A stretch of DNA of 6,096 nt from Thecamonas trahens ATCC 50062 (taxonomy: Eukaryota > Protista > Apusomonadida), in the NCBI RefSeq assembly GCF_000142905.1, contig NW_013657623.1, positions 1 through 6,096 on the forward strand. Direction: 5' to 3'. This document shows positions 1-6,096 of this stretch, piece after piece. Numbering within the stretch: position 1 is the first letter of the stretch; every line of letters starts with the position of its first letter. The position numbers were made by a program, and so were the translations under genes. A model generated the notes under the pieces. That model worked only from the letters and a program-made list of their open reading frames with translations. It ran no database searches and had not been told where the DNA came from.

Positions 1-1
1 C

Positions 2-145
2 AACGACGTCGGCCGTCTGATTGCTACCGCGCCAAACGCCGTAGACGTTGTTGGAGAAGGTAACGGCCGGGCTCTCCGGAAGCGTCTCGAGCGCATCCTC
101 GATCGAGTCAACAAAGCCGACGTGACCTTGATATTCAAAGTCCAT
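2..145 (-). CDS. Possible 5' part or exon of a divergently oriented gene running off the left edge (MDFEYQGHVGFVDSIEDALETLPESPAVTFSNNVYGVWRGSNQTADVV...)
   Basis: Minus frame is open from 247 to the window edge with an ATG at 145 and protein-like composition. No recognisable motif. Confidence 0.35.
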   Translation of the reverse strand, partial: MDFEYQGHVGFVDSIEDALETLPESPAVTFSNNVYGVWRGSNQTADVV

Positions 146-762
146 GATGGTTGTCAGCGCAGCTGTGCATGTATGTAAGGCGGCCTTGAACGTAGGCGAG
201 CTGTGGTTCTCGCCACATCGCACAGAAGGAACCGAACAAGGTGAGACTCAGCAATGCAAGCACCTCTATCCCACTCACAGATCAGAGCCCACTCACAGTC
301 GCAACCCGACGGAAGCAGCCACGTCTTGCCTCAATCACCCGATCGCCATCTCCTGGTCGGAACCCATTCTGCGACCGCTCTGCGCCCTCGCCCTCCACCA
401 CATGACTACCACGCACACTCTCATTCATCGAATGCGTTCATCCTATGCTGAAAATACCCGATCCCGTCTCGCTCTCGGAAGTCAAGCAGCATGAGGCTTG
501 GTTAGTACTGTGGTGGGGGACCACACGGGAATACCGAGTAACGCATTCTTTCTTCTTTTTGCCCAACTACACACCCTCCTTGCATGCATGCACCCACCCA
601 CCCTGGCCCCACCATCACCACATCAATCATTTCTCGTTCAATTAATCATGCCCAGCCCCATCAATTAACACTCGCCCGATATCCAAAAAATCGCCCAAAC
701 ACCACCTGTCGCCCTCGCCGTCACACTCACCGCACACTCCGCACACCCCTCTCACTGTGCCC

Positions 763-3700
763 ATGGACCCCGCTCCAGGGGGCACAGGGGACCCCCTGCG
801 CCCTGCACACACACCCGTGCAGCACAGGGGACCCCCCGCTCCCTGCACACGCACCAGTGCAGCAGGGTTCTGCCAAGCGCCCCCGCCCGCTGCTCACCGC
901 CAACGCCAGCTCGGCCAGCTCGGCCACCCCTTCCTCCGCAGTCCCCCAGAACATGCATATCGAAGCGACGTCATCGTCACCAGCCGGGCCGTCCTCCACC
1001 AAGTCATACGATGTCTTCCTCTGCCACGGCTCCAACGACAAGGGGCTCATGCTCTCGCTCCGCGACAAGCTCGTTGCCCTCGGTCTGCGCGTCTTTCTCG
1101 ACGTCAAGTCGCTCGACGCCATGATTGTCCAAGATCCCGCAGACTGCGCCCGGCTTGCCCGTGACTCACACGTTGTGGTCGTCGTTGTCTCAAAGTACTC
1201 GATCGTCACACGGTGGGCCATCGCAGAGGCCGACGCAGCCCTCGCTGATCCGACTTGCAAGGTCTTTCCGGTTTTTGCCGACGCTGAGCTCTCGCTCGAG
1301 ACCGTCTCGTCGCCGGCATGGCGTGACGGCCCGCGGGATGCCAGCCATCCTCTACTGGCGTACATGGCGGTGGCTTTCCCGCCGCAGATCCCGAACAACC
1401 GTCGACTCATGGAGCTGTGGGAACACGATGAACTCACGCCCGAGCTCAAAGTCGCCCGCATCGGCACTCTCTTCGCCCTCCTCGAGCGCGGCCTCGCTCC
1501 GTACTCGCCGGCTCGCGTTAGCGTGTTTTTAGATGGTCGACGATCTTGTTTTATCCGCATTCCAGGCCATTGTTCCCAGTTCACCCCTCCGCCCCTCACC
1601 CATGCCACCGCCACTCAATCCACCCGAGTACCACCCGCTCCCTGTTACTCGTGATGCGGTCATTAATGTCCTTCTTGGTTGCGAACAACGTCTCAGTCGT
1701 CGGTGTCAACGGGCTCGGCGGCGTCGGCAAGTCGTTCACTCGCAGCCGATGTCGCCATCCATCCCGCCATCACCTCGGTCTTCTCCGTCTTCTGGGCTCT
1801 CGCTTGGTGAGGACCAATACGTCCAACCCAGCTCTTGCCAGCCGCATGTCTTACTTTCTCAAGCAGGGTCTGAGCTGCACAGTCGATACTCAGGCCAACC
1901 TCAATGACCTCCAACCCATTCTTGCTGCCAAGACCCGGGCCCTCGCCAATGCCAGGACTCGCATTCTGCTCATCCTCGACGACGCGTGGGACACCCGCCA
2001 GGCCTCCGTATTCGCCAACCACATCGCAGCCCCGCATGCCGTCCTCGTCACCTCGCGCAACGCCGCCTTTGCTACCAACATCGCCACTTCCATTGAGCTC
2101 GGTACGTTTGACACGGACGACGCTGCTGTTGTCCTTCGCAACTACCTCGCCAAGGGCTCACCTGAGTGGGCAAATACCCTTGCACTCAACGATTCCCGCA
2201 TCGTCTCCCTCGCGACCTTTTGCCGCGGCCATGCCCTCGCCCTTGCCGTCCTTGGCTCGTCCATATCTGGCGAGGCTGCACTTGACGCCGCTGTTGAGGA
2301 CGCTGCAGATGCAACTGAGCTTGCCATGGATGAGCACCGCGATGGTTGCGGCGGATCGGACGCCAAGTACGCCCACATCTTTGACATCATCACTTGGACC
2401 CTCGGCGGTGCCATCCCCAAGCATGTCCGCAAGGTGGCGCTGACTATTTACGCCATGCTCGCCGTCTTTCCATCAGACGCGCCCATCGACGTCGCCAACT
2501 TCCGCTCCGCGATCGACGCAAGCAATATCAAGTTTGCTAGGGCCCTCGATGCCCTCGCCAACACGTCGTTGCTGCGCGTCGTTGCCACGGATGGCGCACC
2601 ATCACTGTAATCGAGATGCACGNNNNNNNNNNNNNNNNNNNNNNNNNNNNNNNNNNNNNNNNNNNNNNNNNNNNNNNNNNNNNNNNNNNNNNNNNNNNNN
2701 NNNNNNNNNNNNNNNNNNNNNNNNNNNNNNNNNNNNNNNNNNNNNNNNNNNNNNNNNNNNNNNNNNNNNNNNNNNNNNNNNNNNNNNNNNNNNNNNNNNN
2801 NNNNNNNNNNNNNNNNNNNNNNNNNNNNNNNNNNNNNNNNNNNNNNNNNNNNNNNNNNNNNNNNNNNNNNNNNNNNNNNNNNNNNNNNNNNNNNNNNNNN
2901 NNNNNNNNNNNNNNNNNNNNNNNNNNNNNNNNNNNNNNNNNNNNNNNNNNNNNNNNNNNNNNNNNNNNNNNNNNNNNNNNNNNNNNNNNNNNNNNNNNNN
3001 NNNNNNNNNNNNNNNNNNNNNNNNNNNNNNNNNNNNNNNNNNNNNNNNNNNNNNNNNNNNNNNNNNNNNNNNNNNNNNNNNNNNNNNNNNNNNNNNNNNN
3101 NNNNNNNNNNNNNNNNNNNNNNNNNNNNNNNNNNNNNNNNNNNNNNNNNNNNNNNNNNNNNNNNNTTCGCTTTGTTGGCTTGTCCGGCAAAGTCATCAAC
3201 ATCGGTGGCTCGCTGGTTGCTGGTGGATGTAGGAACAATGTGGACGTACTTGACGTGCTAACTGTGAACGCGTGGAGGTGCTGGAGGGCCACACCGACTG
3301 TGTGAATGGTGTTCTTGCGCTGCCGAGTGCGGATGGCCAGCTGCCTGTCCTGGTCTCGTGGTCGGAGGACAACACGATCCGGGTGTGGCATGCTGCGGAC
3401 GACGGGACGGGCGCCATGCGGTACACCGCGGACACTGCCTCCTGCGAGGTGCTGAAGGGCCACACCAGCCTTGTGCGGGGTGTGATTGCGCTGCCGAGTG
3501 CGGATGGCCAGCTGCCTGTCCTGGTCTCGTGGTCGGAGGACAAGACGATCCGGGTGTGGCATCCTGCGGACGACGGGACGGGCGCCATGTGGTACACCGC
3601 GGACAGCGCCTCCTGTGAGGTGCTGGAGGGTCACACCGGTGATGTGAATGGTGTGATTGCGCTGCCGAGTGCAGATAGCCAGCTGCCTGTCCTGGTCTCG

Positions 3701-5332
3701 TGGTCGTGGGGCAACACGATCCGGGTGTGGCATCCTGCGGACGATGGGACGGGCCCCATGCGGTACACCGCGGACAGTGCCTTCTGTGAGGTGCTGGAGG
3801 GCCATGCCAATATTGTGGAGGGTGTGATTGCGCTGCCGAGTGCGGATGGCCAGCTGCCTGTCCTGGTCTCGCGGTCTGGCGACCGGACGATCCGGGTGTG
3901 GCATCCTGCGGACGACGGGACGGGCCCCATGCGGTACACCGCGCACAGTGCCTCCTGTGAGGTGCTGGAGGGCCACACCAAGTATGTAGAGGGCGTGGTT
4001 ACACTGCCGAGTGCGGATGGCCAGCTTCCTGTCCTGGTCTCGTGGTCAAGGGACAGGACGATCCGGGTGTGGCATCCTGCGGACGACGGGACGGGCGCCA
4101 TGCGGTACACCACAGACACTGCCTTCTGTGAGGTGCTGGAGGGCCACACCGACGATGTTCGGGGTGTGATTGCGCTGCCGAGTGCGGTTGGCCAGCTGCC
4201 TGCTCTGGTCTCGTGGTCGAGGGACAGGACGATCCGGGTGTGGCATGCTGCGGATGATGGGATGGGGACCATTCGGTACACCGCGGACAGTGCCTCCTTT
4301 GAGGTGCTGGATGACCACACTAACAATGTGCGAGGCGTGATTGCGCTATCGAGTGCGGATGGTCGGCTGCCTGTCCTCATCTCGTGGTCGTGGGACAGGA
4401 CGATCCGGGTGTGGCATCCTGCGGACGACGGGACGGGTACCATGCGGTACACCGCGGGCAATGCCTCCTGTGAGGTGTTGGAGGGCCACACCGGTTATGT
4501 AGGCAGCTTGATTGCGCTGCCAGGTGCGGATGGCCAACTGCCTGTCCTGGTCTCGCGGTCTGGCGACCGGACGATCCGGGTGTGGCATCCTGCGGACGAC
4601 GGGACGGGCGCCATGCGGTACACCGCGCACAGTGCCTCCTGTGAGGTGCTGGAGAGCCACACCGATGGTCTTCGAGGCCTGATTGCGCTGCCGAGTGCGG
4701 ATGGCCAGCTGCCTGTCCTGGTCTCGTGGTCGAGAGACAGAACGATCCGGGTGTGGCATCCTGCGGACGACAGGATGGGCGCCATGCGGTACACCGCGCA
4801 CAGTGCCTCCTGTGAGGTGCTGGAGGGCCACACCGACGGTCTTCGAGGCCTGATTGCGCTGCCGAGTGCGGATGGCCAGCTGCCTGTCCTGGTCTCGTGG
4901 TCGAGAGACAGAACGATCCGGGTGTGGCATCCTGCGGACGACGGGATGGGTGCCATGCGGTACACTGCGGACAGTGCCTTCTTTGAGGTGCTGAAGGGTC
5001 ACACCCGCAATGTGCAGAGTGTGATTGCGCTCCCGAGTGTGGATGGCCAGCTGCCTGTTCTGATCTCTCGCACATTCTCGTACGAGACGTTCCAGTGGCA
5101 CCCTACCCCAACCGGCTACATCCTCCACGCCCGCCACGCCCCTACCTTCTGGTCCCCTCCCTCCTACTGGTTCCTCGCCCCCCACTCTACCTCCACTCAC
5201 TCATGCAGCCACACCACCCGCATCACGATCGCCAACCACGCCGGCCTCTCCATCCCCCACCCCTCCGACCCCAATCGCCTCCTCACCGTATTCTCCAATC
5301 GCCCTCCCGCCATCCTCCGCCGCCATCCATAA
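763..5332 (+). CDS. TIR - NB-ARC (STAND/APAF-1-type NTPase) - WD40 NLR-like protein, reconstructed across several frameshifts and an N gap (could be a pseudogene)
   Basis: TIR motifs, all NB-ARC motifs and WD40 repeats are collinear on one strand in canonical NLR order. Frame switches fall at ~823, ~1535, ~1680, ~1735, ~1796, ~1815, ~2600 and ~3270. Start is either ATG 763 (CCATGG context, needs a frameshift at ~823) or ATG 953. Stop is TAA 5330-5332. Confidence 0.75.
782..861 (+). repeat. 2 x 40-bp direct tandem repeat
   Basis: gcacaggggaccccctgcgccctgcacacacacccgtgca (782-821) versus gcacaggggaccccccgctccctgcacacgcaccagtgca (822-861), 36/40 identical. Confidence 0.9.
953..1654 (+). CDS. 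TIR domain-containing segment (TIR_2-like; core ~1004-1276), N-terminal part of the NLR-like gene
   Basis: Translation shows YDVFLCHGSNDK (box 1), LVALGLRVFLD, SHVVVVVVSKYS, RWAIAEA (W-x-x-x-E, Glu codon 1226-1228) and KVFPVF in typical TIR order. The last ~40 codons of this ORF are probably out of frame. Confidence 0.88.
   Translation: MHIEATSSSPAGPSSTKSYDVFLCHGSNDKGLMLSLRDKLVALGLRVFLDVKSLDAMIVQDPADCARLARDSHVVVVVVSKYSIVTRWAIAEADAALADPTCKVFPVFADAELSLETVSSPAWRDGPRDASHPLLAYMAVAFPPQIPNNRRLMELWEHDELTPELKVARIGTLFALLERGLAPYSPARVSVFLDGRRSCFIRIPGHCSQFTPPPLTHATATQSTRVPPAPCYS
1681..2622 (+). CDS. NB-ARC / AP-ATPase (STAND) nucleotide-binding domain segment
   Basis: Walker A VVGVNGLGGVGKS (1696-1734), Walker B ILLILDDAWD (1963-1992), sensor-1/RNBS-B VLVTSRN (2041-2061), GLPL-like CRGHALAL (2221-2244), winged-helix-like LAVFPSDAPI...ALDALANTSLL, and ATG CAC G = MH(D) at 2616-2622 in an adjacent frame. 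Confidence 0.88.
2623..3165. other. Assembly gap (543 N)
   Basis: Run of N characters between the MH(D) motif and the WD40 region. Confidence 1.
3272..5332 (+). CDS. WD40-repeat beta-propeller segment (C-terminal sensor domain of the NLR-like gene)
   Basis: 686-codon uninterrupted ORF with 11 repeats of the form EVLEGHT..V.GVIAL....LVSWS.D.TIRVW, retaining the GH, S, D and W WD40 signature (tetrad D absent in units 3 and 11). The GTG at 3272 is unlikely to be a true start, since a degenerate blade (SLVAGGCRNNVDVLDV) lies just upstream in another frame. Confidence 0.92.
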   Translation: MEVLEGHTDCVNGVLALPSADGQLPVLVSWSEDNTIRVWHAADDGTGAMRYTADTASCEVLKGHTSLVRGVIALPSADGQLPVLVSWSEDKTIRVWHPADDGTGAMWYTADSASCEVLEGHTGDVNGVIALPSADSQLPVLVSWSWGNTIRVWHPADDGTGPMRYTADSAFCEVLEGHANIVEGVIALPSADGQLPVLVSRSGDRTIRVWHPADDGTGPMRYTAHSASCEVLEGHTKYVEGVVTLPSADGQLPVLVSWSRDRTIRVWHPADDGTGAMRYTTDTAFCEVLEGHTDDVRGVIALPSAVGQLPALVSWSRDRTIRVWHAADDGMGTIRYTADSASFEVLDDHTNNVRGVIALSSADGRLPVLISWSWDRTIRVWHPADDGTGTMRYTAGNASCEVLEGHTGYVGSLIALPGADGQLPVLVSRSGDRTIRVWHPADDGTGAMRYTAHSASCEVLESHTDGLRGLIALPSADGQLPVLVSWSRDRTIRVWHPADDRMGAMRYTAHSASCEVLEGHTDGLRGLIALPSADGQLPVLVSWSRDRTIRVWHPADDGMGAMRYTADSAFFEVLKGHTRNVQSVIALPSVDGQLPVLISRTFSYETFQWHPTPTGYILHARHAPTFWSPPSYWFLAPHSTSTHSCSHTTRITIANHAGLSIPHPSDPNRLLTVFSNRPPAILRRHP
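3275..5103 (+). repeat. Coding tandem array: 10 full 171-bp units plus one degenerate 11th unit
   Basis: Unit starts (GAG GTG CTG/TTG) at 3275, 3446, 3617, 3788, 3959, 4130, 4301, 4472, 4643, 4814 and 4985, an exact 171-bp period with no indels between units. Confidence 0.97.
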
Positions 5333-5598
5333 CACCTCCGCCACTCCCACCGCCTTTACTCCCCTGAGCACCGCGCCCGCAACCTCGCCGCCCCCAGCAC
5401 ATCCACAGCCTCCTGCGCCATGGGCCTCACCAGCGGATCGACCGACCAAGACTGGTGAATCCTGCACAGGAAAGAATGGGATTGACAAGAAGAAGACCAG
5501 TGGCGAACCAGGTAGCAGTATCCTTGGCCATAGTCTACTCCGTTGGGGGGCGAGAGGTGTGGCCAGGTTGTGATGGGCCGTGCTTGCTGCGCTGATTG

Positions 5599-5949
5599 CT
5601 AGCGCTCTGGGAAGCTACACAGCTGGCACATCTGCTGAGAAAGTGCCGGCATCAAAGGCCTGAACCCCTCGAGCAGCAGCCATCCGATGCTGCCTCCTCC
5701 GTCGGTGACTCCGTCGCCTTCCTCAACCGCGGCCAAGCAGCCTACCAAGCGGTGTCTGAGCTTGAAGTGTCCTGGTTTGACCTCGATCGCGTCCTCGATC
5801 GCGTCCTCGAGCCCGCACACGCCGTACTCATCGCCCAGCACACACACGGCCTCGGCCTCCTCCTGACGGTGGCTATGGGCGCAGACGGTAGCCACAAAGC
5901 GAGGGGCAGCCACGAGGCCGTGCGCAGTGTGACAGAGCTTAGCGCCCAC
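5599..5949 (-). CDS. Hypothetical ORF or gene fragment, convergent with the NLR-like gene
   Basis: 116-codon ORF with an acidic, protein-like core (EEAEAVCVLGDEYGVCGLEDAIEDAIEVKPGHFKL). No recognisable domain and no ATG start. Confidence 0.25.
   Translation of the reverse strand: MGAKLCHTAHGLVAAPRFVATVCAHSHRQEEAEAVCVLGDEYGVCGLEDAIEDAIEVKPGHFKLRHRLVGCLAAVEEGDGVTDGGGSIGWLLLEGFRPLMPALSQQMCQLCSFPER
5781..5810. repeat. 2.5 x 12-bp tandem repeat (cctcgatcgcgt)
   Basis: cctcgatcgcgt cctcgatcgcgt cctcga; encodes EDAI-EDAI-E on the minus strand. Confidence 0.85.
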
Positions 5950-6096
5950 GCCACCGTCCCGGCGGGGCTTGTCGTCCTGCTCGGCCTTGCCTCGTGCGTC
6001 GTCGGCATCCCGGGCTACTTCCCAGGCAGCGACACGATCTGCTGGCGCCGGAGACCTTTGCGCGTTACGGCGGGTTGTACAAGCTGTACCGGATCA

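Noticed and set aside
144-645. Short + strand ORFs 144..494, 254..451 and 445..645
   Set aside because: No motifs, mutually overlapping, and composition typical of intergenic sequence.
584-762. N-terminal extension of the TIR ORF from ATG 584
   Set aside because: Translation is His/Pro/Thr/Arg low-complexity sequence from a C/A-rich tract that looks non-coding.
727-1614. 295-aa minus ORF and other alternative-frame ORFs over the TIR and NB-ARC regions
   Set aside because: Shadow ORFs rich in Ser/Arg/Ala that overlap a frame with clear domain motifs.
1530-1820. Introns or programmed ribosomal frameshifting as the explanation for the frame changes
   Set aside because: NB-ARC motifs continue directly across the junctions with single-base offsets, leaving no room for introns, and several successive recoding events are implausible. 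An intron at the TIR-linker junction alone cannot be fully excluded.
2534-3305. ORFs 2534..3232 and 2616..3305 as independent genes
   Set aside because: They consist mostly of N. Only the MH start and the post-gap segment of the second are informative, as parts of the larger gene.
3275-5103. CRISPR-like array (conserved repeats with variable segments)
   Set aside because: Units are 171 bp, in frame and encode WD40 blades. The variable parts are a few codons, not unique spacers, and no cas genes are present.
2537-5200. Long minus-strand ORFs (2537..3976, 3631..4491, 4346..5200, 4377..5075 and others)
   Set aside because: These are antisense shadows of a GC-rich triplet-period repeat and N-gap read-through, with no motifs.

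Overview
GC-rich, probably eukaryotic draft-assembly window (inferred from no operon-like layout, a long C/A-rich intergenic stretch and a 543-N gap; taxon not determinable here). It is dominated by one ~4.6 kb + strand locus that reconstructs as an NLR/APAF-1-like STAND receptor. The parts are an N-terminal TIR domain with the W-x-x-x-E catalytic-type motif (~1004-1276), an NB-ARC NTPase (Walker A GLGGVGKS, Walker B LLILDDAW, VLVTSRN, GHALAL, and MH[D] at the gap edge; ~1681-2622), an assembly gap (2623-3165) and 11 unusually long 171-bp/57-aa WD40 repeats (3275-~5103). The repeats are near-identical except at a few hypervariable codons, resembling fungal HNWD/NWD non-self receptors. The ORF track splits the gene because of about eight apparent single-base frameshifts, which are either sequencing errors or pseudogenisation. 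The flanks hold only weakly supported partial ORFs.
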